64,000 bases of DNA from Cyanobacteria bacterium P01_F01_bin.150. GTDB taxonomy: Bacteria > Cyanobacteriota > Cyanobacteriia > CAKZMO01. Below the pieces are notes generated by a model that was not told the origin of the DNA, did not search any database, and was given only the letters and a program-made list of their open reading frames with translations. The translations under genes were made by a program, and so were the position numbers. Of the stretch, positions 44,954 to 54,713 are shown piece by piece. The stretch is from positions 96,001-160,000 of the forward strand of contig JBCCYL010000002.1 of NCBI GenBank assembly GCA_039189765.1, read 5' to 3'. Each line of letters begins with the position of its first letter. Within the stretch, counting starts at the first letter, position 1.

Positions 44954-45361
44954 ATGGCTGGGACTGGAGATAAGGTTGTATTTATCTGTGGGTCTGCACT
45001 GCGAGGACAGCCTGATCATGGCAATCTACAATCTGCCGTTTTTATAAAAGAAGCTAAAACAGCCGCCAATTATCGCCTCCATTCGGTGCAAGACGGTTGG
45101 CATCCTGGCATTTACAAAGTGGAAGCAGAGGCGACTAACGGCATTTCCATTCCGGGGGAGCTTTATCAGCTTACTGCCGAACAGTATGAGTACCTGGTGT
45201 CTACGGAGCCGCCCCATATGTACCCAGAAGAGGTCATGTTAGATGATGGGGGAACAGCGATCGCCATGCTCTATCCCCAAACGTTAATCCAAGAAAACAA
45301 CTGGCCCGATATTTCCGATATCGGTGGTTGGGCCGCCTATAAAGCTCAGCTACTAGCATAG
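44954..45361 (+). CDS. Gamma-glutamylcyclotransferase-like protein (allophanate hydrolase C-terminal-like)
   Basis: VFICGSALRGQPDH, YRLHSV, IPGELY, DISDIGGWAAY. Confidence 0.7.
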   Translation: MAGTGDKVVFICGSALRGQPDHGNLQSAVFIKEAKTAANYRLHSVQDGWHPGIYKVEAEATNGISIPGELYQLTAEQYEYLVSTEPPHMYPEEVMLDDGGTAIAMLYPQTLIQENNWPDISDIGGWAAYKAQLLA

Positions 45362-45367
45362 AAATAT

Positions 45368-48037
45368 TCAAGAAACATCATTGAAATATTCACAGTTGAG
45401 AGATTGATAGATTTCTAGGAATTTAGGCTCATTGCGAATGTTATCTAAATCGCGATCAACAGTAAGAGCATCTTTAATTTTTTGGGCACCCAGCGCAACA
45501 GCTTTTTCAAGGCTTTGCAATGCTAAATCCACTTCTCCCTTCAATGCATAACAGCATGCCTTATTGTAATAGGGAAGAGGATTTCTGGGTTCAATTGATA
45601 TGGCCTTTTCATAACTTTCAATCGCTAGCTCATAGTCTTTAAGAGCTACTAGAGTTAGACCTTGATTATTCCAAATATCGCAGCATTCAGAATTAGTTAG
45701 TATAGCCTTATTATAGCTATCAAGAGCTTCTTCATATTGCATTAGGTGGCGTAAGCTGTTACCTCGGTTAAACCAAGATTTCCAGGCCTTATCATTCTCC
45801 TCATCATTTATAATCGCCTTCTCAAAAGAGATTAGCGCATCCTCATGACGCTGTAGTTTGGCTGAAATATAACCTCGATTAAACCAAGCAAGCTTGTTAT
45901 CTGGATCAATTTCAATAGCTTGATTTAGATAATTTATTGCTACTTCATGATCACCTAAAAATTCAGAAATAACACAGCCTAAATTATTTAAAGATAGGAT
46001 ATCGTCAGCTTTAATCTGAAGAGCCTTACTATAAAATTGAATTGATTGCTCCATTAACTCAGACTTGTAACAAAATGTCCCTATGCCATCTCTGTATAGA
46101 CGATTCACAAGACTTTTATCAACTTTTTTTTCCAACCTTGACATTGTTTCGTCTAGTTGACGAATGGCTGAATCTTTCCGAGAAGAAGTACAGAACCGTA
46201 GTTCAATAAAGAGTAGTAGTACGCCTATTAAGTCTTCCACTTGATCAAACTTAGAAAATAAGTGTTTAGACAGTAGCTCATAAATCTCATACTTTTTAAG
46301 TGCGACCGATCTAAAACTCAAATAATCCTTAATATCAAATACATTGTCTTTCAAAATGGCAGAAACAGGTTCATAAATAAGCTTAATTTCATCTAAAAAA
46401 AGATGTATTTTCTGAGGTAATAAATAGGCGTTAGTTCTATTCTCAACATATATTGAATTAATGACATTTAAAAATAGTTCATCTTGTTTAAAGTAGCAAG
46501 TTCCAATCCAAAACTCTATATAGATTTTATATACTTCTTTGGTATGACAAAAGACTAAATAGTAAAGACTCTCTGCTATTAATTTGCACCAATCATCATC
46601 CTCAAAACTATCGGAGATATCTTCAGATTTAGTATCAATTATTTTTTCAGCCTGACTCTTGAGGTAAGCTGATATTGCCATGTGAATATCACGAAAATCC
46701 TTTTGGCTCTCTTGCCATAGAGAACGCCTAAGTATATCCCTTGCGACGTCATTTAAACGATATGATTTCTCAGAAAATTCAACAAAGCTTTGATCCTTAA
46801 TCCAATTAAAGGAATCTAATTCTTTTTCATCTTTTATGAATAATGGAATTTCAAAATACCTTGTTATCTCTACTAACATCTCACGATTAAACCATCGACA
46901 ACAAGCTGCAATCTGAATTATTTTTTTCTGAGACTTAGAGTAATGAGAATCTAATATTAAGCTGGCAACGATTTCATTCCCGATTGAGAAATCGATTTTT
47001 CGTCCTAGAATCAGCTCATCTTTTACCCACTTTAAATAGTAAGGTAATCCTTTCGTTGTTTGAAAAATGGTATTAATTTTAGATTTATCCAAGGTATTAA
47101 CTTGGCTAAGATAGTGCTGAGTCTGTTCTAAATTGAATCTGCTGAGACGAGTTGAATAGATCATCTCACTATCCTGCTGCAATTTCCTCCACCCTTTCTT
47201 CTCCATGAGTGACAATCTACTAGAAATAATGACAAAAATATTATGTTTTAGTCTTGTAAGAAAAGAGTTTCTGAGCAAGAAATACAAAGCCCAAATATCA
47301 AAATCAGTACCGGCTTTTTCATAAGTATCTAGAGCCAAAACTATTGGGTAATTTTTTGATTTTTTCACAAGCACTTGAATAAATGCATGTGTTAGCTCTG
47401 ACAGTGGACTTTGCAATAGCTTCTGCAATTGCTTATTCTTCTTAGTGGCTTGGTGTCTTTGAAGAAACTGCTGAATCCTATCTTTTTCTGAAAGGAGCAT
47501 TGACGAGCTATCTACAACAAGGTCAGAAACGAGAGTGTGTATCTCATTTGGTAAACTTCCAGGAATAAAAAAACTACTTGCAAAGCTAGAAGTTTGCTTG
47601 ACTAACTGCTTGACTATCTTAATCTGATCTGAGTCAACAGAAGATTTTCCCTCAACTGGCTGCATTTCTAACTGAGTAAGTACCGATTCATACTGATTAA
47701 TTTTCAGACAAAAAGAATCAGGCTTAGGAAATAATTCTTTGTGTAGGATATTTGGCTTAGGAGCATACATCCCTAACTCTTCGTATAATTTTTTCATCAG
47801 CTGGATAGGTGTCTCTATCCCTATTTTGGAATCAAAGGAGGTATACAGTACACATGCTTGAGAAGAAAAGGATTTTTGTATGCGTTTCAAAAGATATGTT
47901 TTACCAACTCCACCGACTCCATATACATGAAAAACAAATGGCCTATCTTGTCCATTTTGTTTTTCTAGGCTTGCCGAAAAAGTATCCAGAAATAGCTGAT
48001 CTTGATTTCTAAAAACATATAGGGGCTTAGCATTCAT
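45368..48037 (-). CDS. P-loop NTPase (STAND-like) with C-terminal TPR repeats
   Basis: GVGGVGKT, LALDTYE, GLPYYL (GxP), TPRs WFNRG...YNKACCYAL; visibly AT-rich. Confidence 0.82.
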   Translation of the reverse strand: MNAKPLYVFRNQDQLFLDTFSASLEKQNGQDRPFVFHVYGVGGVGKTYLLKRIQKSFSSQACVLYTSFDSKIGIETPIQLMKKLYEELGMYAPKPNILHKELFPKPDSFCLKINQYESVLTQLEMQPVEGKSSVDSDQIKIVKQLVKQTSSFASSFFIPGSLPNEIHTLVSDLVVDSSSMLLSEKDRIQQFLQRHQATKKNKQLQKLLQSPLSELTHAFIQVLVKKSKNYPIVLALDTYEKAGTDFDIWALYFLLRNSFLTRLKHNIFVIISSRLSLMEKKGWRKLQQDSEMIYSTRLSRFNLEQTQHYLSQVNTLDKSKINTIFQTTKGLPYYLKWVKDELILGRKIDFSIGNEIVASLILDSHYSKSQKKIIQIAACCRWFNREMLVEITRYFEIPLFIKDEKELDSFNWIKDQSFVEFSEKSYRLNDVARDILRRSLWQESQKDFRDIHMAISAYLKSQAEKIIDTKSEDISDSFEDDDWCKLIAESLYYLVFCHTKEVYKIYIEFWIGTCYFKQDELFLNVINSIYVENRTNAYLLPQKIHLFLDEIKLIYEPVSAILKDNVFDIKDYLSFRSVALKKYEIYELLSKHLFSKFDQVEDLIGVLLLFIELRFCTSSRKDSAIRQLDETMSRLEKKVDKSLVNRLYRDGIGTFCYKSELMEQSIQFYSKALQIKADDILSLNNLGCVISEFLGDHEVAINYLNQAIEIDPDNKLAWFNRGYISAKLQRHEDALISFEKAIINDEENDKAWKSWFNRGNSLRHLMQYEEALDSYNKAILTNSECCDIWNNQGLTLVALKDYELAIESYEKAISIEPRNPLPYYNKACCYALKGEVDLALQSLEKAVALGAQKIKDALTVDRDLDNIRNEPKFLEIYQSLNCEYFNDVS

Positions 48038-48479
48038 GAGAGATCCTTAATGAACTAGTGAGCAAGAGTTGATGAGAACATAAAAGTTTAGTGTAAGAAA
48101 CTTATAAGATAAGCTTTATGTAAAGATCCTTTAAGCAGATGACCCTTGTATCTTTTGTGGTTTTTAAAATTCTCAACAGAATACAATCTAAAATTTTAAA
48201 AAACTTAACCTAAGAGGATTTTAATTCTCTTAATGCAGCTTATAAATATATTGATGAATTTTCATCTCTAAAGTTTTGCGAGTATGTGTAGATATAATTT
48301 CAATAGTATATTGATGTGTGTGTAATTGGGTCAGCTTAAATGCCTTAATCTAAATATCCAAACACCTCATTAAAAGTTCTTACTGAAAAAGAAAAAATTG
48401 AAGAAATTGGTGATTGGCTTGAATCATATGTTGCTCCACTAGTAAATTATCATATAAGTTTTCCTGTGTAGTAAATCAT

Positions 48480-49424
48480 ATGAGATCAAGGTTTTCCTCA
48501 GTGTCAAAAAAAATACAGAGTATTATCGGTCGATACATTCGGGTCAAGCCATTGCTCGCGTCATTTTCCATTGGTGCTACCGTAGCTTTTGCCCCTGTGT
48601 TTTTTTCTAGAGCATTGCAAGTTGGTGATAGTGGAGCAGGAGTTACGGAAGTTCAAGTGGCTCTGACGAATGCAGGGTATTATTCTGGGCCTATTTCTGG
48701 CTTTTATGGGGAGCTTACACAGGCTGCAATATTCAGGTATCAATTAGATAGAGGTCTATTTGTAGACGGAATAGCTGGCCCCAACACTTTATCCTCGCTT
48801 GGTTTGGATGATTTGGCTGAGAATAGTCGAATTGTTGGAGACTCTTCTAGTATTGATCGCAATAGAGTTGAAGACTTGCAAAGTAGATTACAAGTTGCAG
48901 GCTTCTACAGTGGTCCTATTGATGGTGAATATGGTTCGGCAACACGAGATGCTGTTTTCCAATTTGCAGAAAGGTATCTATTTACTATTCAAGAAGTAGA
49001 AAGAGCGCTTGGGTTGCCTGAAAGTGGTATCTATAGTGAAGAGATAAGGGATGCAATCATATCTTTTCAGATAGAAGAAGGTCTAGTCGCTGATGGTATT
49101 GTTGGTCCTGTAACCCGTGAGCGATTAGCTGCAAGATTAGCAGGTTTTAATCAATCTATTGTCAATGGCTACAGACCTCAAAGCAAATCTTTAGAGGATG
49201 AAATTCGTGAGTTTCAAGAAATGAACCGCCTAGAAGTTGATGGAATTATTGGCCGAGCAACCTTTGGCAGTCTCATCGAGCAAATTACTCGTTTTTCTGC
49301 AAAATCAGAGGAGCGGTTCCCTTCTTGTAACCCTGGCATAGCGTCGGGCAATTCATCTAACGGTGTTAAAGCCTTTTGCCTTTTCCAAGCAGTTATGCGA
49401 GAGGGGGTGCTGGGTATAAGTTAA
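48480..49424 (+). CDS. Peptidoglycan-binding domain protein
   Basis: Several PG_binding_1-like units (DGIAGPNT, DGIVGPVT, DGIIGRAT). Confidence 0.8.
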   Translation: MRSRFSSVSKKIQSIIGRYIRVKPLLASFSIGATVAFAPVFFSRALQVGDSGAGVTEVQVALTNAGYYSGPISGFYGELTQAAIFRYQLDRGLFVDGIAGPNTLSSLGLDDLAENSRIVGDSSSIDRNRVEDLQSRLQVAGFYSGPIDGEYGSATRDAVFQFAERYLFTIQEVERALGLPESGIYSEEIRDAIISFQIEEGLVADGIVGPVTRERLAARLAGFNQSIVNGYRPQSKSLEDEIREFQEMNRLEVDGIIGRATFGSLIEQITRFSAKSEERFPSCNPGIASGNSSNGVKAFCLFQAVMREGVLGIS

Positions 49425-49475
49425 GCACAAGAAGGAGTAGCGGATATTACTACATTTCAGATAACTCTAAGTTGT

Positions 49476-49571
49476 GGTCTTAGGACGCATTTTGTACTGA
49501 TTAATGATGTGAAGAGTCGAATAGGTCTTAGGACGCATTTTGCACTGATTAATGATGTGAAGAGTCGAATA
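49476..49571. repeat. 48-bp direct tandem duplication
   Basis: GGTCTTAGGACGCATTTTG(T/C)ACTGATTAATGATGTGAAGAGTCGAATA twice, one mismatch. Confidence 0.9.
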
Positions 49572-49595
49572 ATTGATATTAGATTGATTGCTCTA

Positions 49596-49633
49596 AAACC
49601 CAGGAATTTGTGTAGTGGCAAATTCCTGGGTTT
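49596..49633. terminator. Hairpin between convergent genes
   Basis: AAACCCAGGAATTTG / CAAATTCCTGGGTTT perfect 15-bp stem. Confidence 0.6.
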
Positions 49634-49798
49634 CTATAAATGTGCTCTCTGTTGCTCAGGTAGAGGCTTTGAATAGTGCAAAAGTAAGGGTGTCAAGAGT
49701 GGGTTTTCAGTTATGGCCCAGGCACGAGATTCTAGACTAAATGACAATCTTTTGCTAATGAGTGTTGATATTGAGCACCATGAATCAAGATAAACTTA

Positions 49799-50926
49799 TT
49801 AAGCTGCCAGTGCAGGATAATCAATATATCCTTCTGGCCCAGGGGTGTAGAAAGTATTTTGATCCGCTTCATTTAGGGCTGCACCCTGCTTAAATCGCTT
49901 TACCAGGTCAGGGTTAGAAATAAAAGGAATGCCATAGGCGATCGCATTCGCTTCCCCATTCCGAATTGCCGCAGCGCCCAAAGGCGCGTCATAGCCACCG
50001 TTCAAAATAATCGGACCGTTAAACTCGCGCTGCATATGAGGCGCAGCGCGCTCAACGCCTTCTACACTGAAGAAATGACCCGGCAACGGTTCCATAATAT
50101 GGAGATAGGCCAGATTAAACCGCCGTAGTTCTTGTGCAGCATAGGTAAATGTAGAAATGGGGGCACTATCGTTCATATCGTTAAACGGATTGTAGGGCGA
50201 TAATCGAACGCCAACGCGGTCATTACTCCATTCCTGCACCACGGCTTCAGTCACTTCCAATAAGAACCGAGCACGATTTTCCACCCTGCCACCATACACA
50301 TCAGTACGCTGGTTTGAGCCATCTCGCAGAAATTGGTCAATCAAATAGCCGTTGGCACCATGAATCTCTACGCCATCAAATCCAGCCAATTTTGCATTAC
50401 GAGTTGCCAAAACATACTGTTCAATCACCCCTAGAATTTCATCTAATCTCAGGGCACGAGGGGTTTCATGGGGCTTTTTACCACTGGGCGTATGAATTTC
50501 ACCGGCTGGCCGAATAGCCGAGGCCGATACTGGAAGTTGTCCTCCAGGCTGAAAATCCGGATGAGATGCTCGTCCCATATGCCATAGCTGAAGGACAATT
50601 TTTCCCCCTTTATGGTGAACCGCTTCGGTCACTGACTTCCATCCTTCCACTTGCTCTGGAGTGTGGATGCCAGGACTTTGATTCCAGCCTGCCCCCTGTT
50701 CCGATATTTGGGTAGCTTCCGAAATAATCAGACCAGCGCTGGCCCGTTGAGCATAATACTGGCGCATCAGATCATTGGGTATACGGGACACTCCCGCACG
50801 GCCACGGGTCAGAGGTGCCATAATCATCCGATTGGGAAGGGCGATCGCTCCCATTTGCAGGGGCTGGAATAGGGCGTCGAGGGAAGAATTAGATGAAGAA
50901 GGCGAGGAAGGTGTAGCGATAGACAT
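49799..50926 (-). CDS. Old yellow enzyme family alkene reductase (NemA-like)
   Basis: MAPLTRGRA, QLWHMGR, EIHGANGYLIDQF, FY...GYIDYP. Confidence 0.93.
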   Translation of the reverse strand: MSIATPSSPSSSNSSLDALFQPLQMGAIALPNRMIMAPLTRGRAGVSRIPNDLMRQYYAQRASAGLIISEATQISEQGAGWNQSPGIHTPEQVEGWKSVTEAVHHKGGKIVLQLWHMGRASHPDFQPGGQLPVSASAIRPAGEIHTPSGKKPHETPRALRLDEILGVIEQYVLATRNAKLAGFDGVEIHGANGYLIDQFLRDGSNQRTDVYGGRVENRARFLLEVTEAVVQEWSNDRVGVRLSPYNPFNDMNDSAPISTFTYAAQELRRFNLAYLHIMEPLPGHFFSVEGVERAAPHMQREFNGPIILNGGYDAPLGAAAIRNGEANAIAYGIPFISNPDLVKRFKQGAALNEADQNTFYTPGPEGYIDYPALAA

Positions 50927-51003
50927 GATGTCCTCCTTTGTTCATTTGTTCAATAATTTCGAACAATAGGACTATAGCGTATCCCTATGGCATAATGCAA
51001 GGT

Positions 51004-51327
51004 ATGAAACCGCTTTATCATCCAACCACTGATCAAATCACCCTAGCTGGCGTACTTTATGCTCTGGGAGACCCCGCTCGACTCCATATTGTTGAGCTGC
51101 TGGCCGCTGGAGACGAACAGCCTTGCAGCGCCTTTAATTGCAACTTGGCAAAATCGACCGTTTCCCATCACTTTAAAATTTTGAGGGAGTCAGGGGTTAT
51201 TTGTTCTCGTAAGGCAGGCACCCAGCATCTGAATTCACTGCGCCGAGATGACCTGGAGCAGCTGTTTCCAGGGCTTTTAGATGCTGTTCTTCACAATTGC
51301 AGCGTCTCTGCCCAGGAGTCGCCGTAA
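51004..51327 (+). CDS. ArsR/SmtB family transcriptional regulator
   Basis: ALGDPARL, KSTVSHHFKILRESG; divergent from the reductase. Confidence 0.9.
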   Translation: MKPLYHPTTDQITLAGVLYALGDPARLHIVELLAAGDEQPCSAFNCNLAKSTVSHHFKILRESGVICSRKAGTQHLNSLRRDDLEQLFPGLLDAVLHNCSVSAQESP

Positions 51328-51498
51328 CCTGAATTGCGCGGCTTACTCGTTCCATGGCAAAGCCTGGATTCCTCCTATAACTTTTGGGTCATGCCAGAAA
51401 CAAAAAAACGATGGTTTCCATGCTGTGAGGAACGCCATCGCTTTGACATTATGGAATTATTGATGCACTAGCAAACAAAGGATTGCAGCTGATAGCCG

Positions 51499-51726
51499 CT
51501 ATGCAACAGGTTGCTTAAATATAGAATCTAAGTAAACGCGAGCCGTACGACGATAGTTGCGAGAAGATTCCATCGTATTGGAACCACCGTTTTGCAACAA
51601 AAATAATGATAAGGCCGCAGAAAACGCCCGATCTTGGTCCCAATCGGGGTGACCGTCTAAATAGCCTTTTAAGGAAATATGTAAATCTTCAGGAATTTCA
51701 GCCAAGATACTGACAGTTGAGCTCAT
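51499..51726 (-). CDS. DUF2811 domain protein
   Basis: LAEIPEDLH...HPDWDQDRAFSAALSLFLLQNG. Confidence 0.85.
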   Translation of the reverse strand: MSSTVSILAEIPEDLHISLKGYLDGHPDWDQDRAFSAALSLFLLQNGGSNTMESSRNYRRTARVYLDSIFKQPVA

Positions 51727-52044
51727 GAGAAACCTCACTAATCGGTTGCGGTTAGATACCCAAACCTCACGTTAGACATCAGAGCTGTGGGGCAAAATAA
51801 GCATCCACAAAAAAGCACGTCACAAGGTTTGTCGCATCATTGTGCGCTATTCAGGGGTGGTATTGTCAATAGGCATGCTCTCATCAATTTATTTAAGATT
51901 GATTTAAGGCTTACAAAGGAATAGGGATTACAGCCATTTTTTTGTGTACAAATATAACAGAAATGCCTTTTCTCTCATAAAATTGGGCGACTGTTAGAAA
52001 ACCCCCAGAAAATCAGTCAAACCCTTTTTCTCTCGTTGATCGGC

Positions 52045-52128
52045 TGTGGAAAATTAATAAGGGGCTGTGGAAAACCTGTTAGTCTTTTGAAAAAGGGTGT
52101 GGAAAGGATGTGGAAGAAGTGGGGAAAA
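52045..52128. promoter_or_regulatory. Cluster of DnaA-box-like 9-mers (TTTTCCACA type)
   Basis: TGTGGAAAA at 52045 and 52066; variants at 52098, 52109, 52120. Confidence 0.55.
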
Positions 52129-52311
52129 GCGGCGCAAAAAATAAGAATTGAGAAAGCTGAAAATTTTGCTTCCCTATCGATATTTGTGTTGATTCGAATG
52201 TTCTATTGTACGAGTTTGAATTTGCCTGTAATCGTCTCTAGATAATGGTTTTAGGAGTCTGATGGATGTTGGGCCAATTATTAACATTCTTAGCATGTTG
52301 AACTGTTAAGC

Positions 52312-52356
52312 TTTTGCTGGCTTATTTTTTGCTGGTCTATTTTTTGCTGGCTTATT
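52312..52356. repeat. 3 x 15-bp T-rich tandem repeat
   Basis: TTTTGCTGGCTTATT / TTTTGCTGGTCTATT / TTTTGCTGGCTTATT. Confidence 0.8.
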
Positions 52357-52727
52357 AGAGTACAGCGGTTGGGAAACGCAGGAGTATCTGAAAGGATTGT
52401 TTTCCGTTTTCCACAGGCTCGCGTGCGTACATCCCAGGCAACATGAACAATATTGCAGAGGTAAACGATTGGCTGTTTCATGGGGCAACGTTGAGTACGT
52501 TGCCGATGTCCGGCAAATGTGACCTTTAGCCACAGCGCTGAAATGAATAAAGACTTTTAAAATATCCTCCAAAGCATCTTCCCAGCTCGATAGACTTAGA
52601 AGAAGTTCGTTTTAGGTGAAACTAAAATAATCTGGTGGTAGTATAGTTGCTCTGTGCCCACACTATTCACCTAAATGTGGATCGCTCAAAAGTGATATCT
52701 GACGTTAACTTAAAATTACATAGATTT

Positions 52728-53057
52728 ATGACAACCTACTACTACATCGCGGCCAGTAAGAAGTTTCTAGAGGAAGAAGCGCTGCAAAAAGAGGTGCTTA
52801 AAGAGCGGAAGCGGAACTATACGGAAAAAGAGAAGGAAATCGACTTTTGGATGGTTGAACAGCCTGCCTTTTTAGACGCTCCTGAGTTAGCAACCCAAAA
52901 GGCGAAATGTCCTCAACCTGCGGCGGCTGTCATATCGACTAATCCAACCTTTATTAACTGGCTAAAACTAAGGCTAGAATATGTGCTGAAAGGAAGCTTT
53001 GAAGCTCCTTCTGAGCATATTCCAGACCCATTGGCCTCTCTAGCGACTAAGGCATAA
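52728..53057 (+). CDS. ycf54: MgPME cyclase auxiliary protein Ycf54
   Basis: YYYIAASKKFL, KEIDFW, FINWLKLRLEYV. Confidence 0.92.
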   Translation: MTTYYYIAASKKFLEEEALQKEVLKERKRNYTEKEKEIDFWMVEQPAFLDAPELATQKAKCPQPAAAVISTNPTFINWLKLRLEYVLKGSFEAPSEHIPDPLASLATKA

Positions 53058-53061
53058 TGGT

Positions 53062-53874
53062 TTGCTCAGTGAAAAAAGCAGCAAGAAAAAACAGCGAGGA
53101 AGATTAACAGTGAGACGTAACAGGTTGGCTTTCAATAGCTCCGTTCTATTTGTCCCTGCTGTGGGTACAGCCCTAATTGCTGTGATGGGTGGACTGTTTT
53201 TAGAAATTCCTCAAATAACTGGTTTATTGGGGCAGGCGTTGAGTGGCTCGCTAGTGGCGATCGCTCAATCCCTGCCAACTTGTGAACCCCCTGAATCAGA
53301 TGAGCATCTGGTGCTAGTTGATCAGCAAACCCCTGAGGAATTGGAGCAGCTCAAAGAAGTGTTGCCCAACGGTAGCACTACAACTATCTGTCAGTATTTA
53401 GACGATACTGTGATTCGAGTGGGGGGATTTGCGAATGAAGAAGTGGCGATGGCCTGGGCAGAGTACCTTAGTAAAACAGTTCAAGTGCCAACGGCGGTTG
53501 TTAATCCGGCTAGGGCTTTTTCTGGTGTTGATGGTGCGACAGCCGAACCACCTGCTGAAGACAATGCAACTGCTGCTGTTCCTGATGAACCCTCCTATCC
53601 TGATTATGAGCCTCAGATATTAGCGGAAGGCTTTGCGGTGTTGGTGGACTATGCTGATCGAACTGATTTGGCGATCGCAGTTCAATCAGAATTAGAGGAA
53701 TCCGTTGGTTTGGCGGTCTATCGTCAAAAGCCCTATCTGATTACGTTTCAATCAGATGACTTTAAGGATGCAGGCAAAGTACTGCGCCAGCTTATTGAAG
53801 CAGATTTTGATGCAATTCTGGTTGATAGTCGTCAGGTGGTGTTAATGACCCCTGCCGTTGCGATTACGCCCTAG
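53062..53874 (+). CDS. Conserved cyanobacterial hypothetical protein (SPOR-like segments)
   Basis: Long ORF with hydrophobic N-terminal segment; start uncertain. Confidence 0.6.
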   Translation: MLSEKSSKKKQRGRLTVRRNRLAFNSSVLFVPAVGTALIAVMGGLFLEIPQITGLLGQALSGSLVAIAQSLPTCEPPESDEHLVLVDQQTPEELEQLKEVLPNGSTTTICQYLDDTVIRVGGFANEEVAMAWAEYLSKTVQVPTAVVNPARAFSGVDGATAEPPAEDNATAAVPDEPSYPDYEPQILAEGFAVLVDYADRTDLAIAVQSELEESVGLAVYRQKPYLITFQSDDFKDAGKVLRQLIEADFDAILVDSRQVVLMTPAVAITP

Positions 53875-53947
53875 TTCTTTAGAACAAGCCAGAGTTCATT
53901 AAGTTTGGTAACATTTGAGAGTTGTCTCTTGCTCTCACCATCTCCCC

Positions 53948-54502
53948 ATGAATCGATTCTGGTCCTTACTGACTACCTTTTTTATTAGCAGCACTTTAAT
54001 ACTGGGAGCTACTTTGATGGCTCCATCTTTGGCTTTGGCTTTGGGGGGTCCCCAGCCAGAGCTGAATCAATTAGCCCCTGATTTTACGCTGCCAACCAAC
54101 ACAGGAGACGGCTCCATCTCTTTGGATGATTATCGAGGAGAATGGGTTGTTGTGTATTTCTATCCTAAGGATTTCACTCCTGGATGTACATTAGAGGCCC
54201 GGCGTTTTCAACAGGACTTGCTGAAATATCAAAAGCGCAATGCCACTATTTTGGGCATTAGCGTGGATGATGTTGATTCCCATGCAGAGTTCTGTGATTC
54301 CGAAGGGTTAAAGTTTCCCCTGTTGGCTGATGTCGATGGAGCGGTTAGCAAATCCTACGGGTCTTGGCTAGGAATGAATTCCCTTCGCCACACCTATATT
54401 GTGGACCCCGATGGCCTTCTGCAGGCGCGATTTTTAGGGGTACAGCCTTCTGTTCATAGTCGTGAAGTTTTGAAGACTCTGGACAAACTACAAACGATTT
54501 AA
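53948..54502 (+). CDS. Peroxiredoxin (BCP/PrxQ)
   Basis: YFYPKDFTPGCTLEA. Confidence 0.92.
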   Translation: MNRFWSLLTTFFISSTLILGATLMAPSLALALGGPQPELNQLAPDFTLPTNTGDGSISLDDYRGEWVVVYFYPKDFTPGCTLEARRFQQDLLKYQKRNATILGISVDDVDSHAEFCDSEGLKFPLLADVDGAVSKSYGSWLGMNSLRHTYIVDPDGLLQARFLGVQPSVHSREVLKTLDKLQTI

Positions 54503-54579
54503 CTGGCCTATTTGGAGGGCGATGCCTGCTCTACGAGATGGCTAATTGGGCCTCTGGATTTATGGTTTGATTGAGCAAT

Positions 54580-54610
54580 AAGTGGAGCGATCGCCCCGAT
54601 CGCTCCACTT
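54580..54610. repeat. HIP1-containing hairpin upstream of the conflict operon
   Basis: AAGTGGAGCGATCG-CCC-CGATCGCTCCACTT. Confidence 0.7.
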
Positions 54611-54713
54611 GTTTATTCTCTGACGAGGGTGCTTTGATAAAAAAACGTCCAGATTCTGGGCAAAATCGCCTGTATCCACCAAAATAAATGAAGCTCCTTT
54701 TCCCTAGATAGAG

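Noticed and set aside
49476..49571. 48-bp direct repeat as a possible CRISPR array
   Set aside because: Only two abutting copies, no spacer and no cas genes; a simple tandem duplication.
52036..52572. Short ORFs in the DUF2811-ycf54 gap, or an ncRNA there
   Set aside because: The ORFs overlap the box and repeat motifs and show no recognisable domain; a hairpin near 52484-52504 matches no RNA family I recognise.
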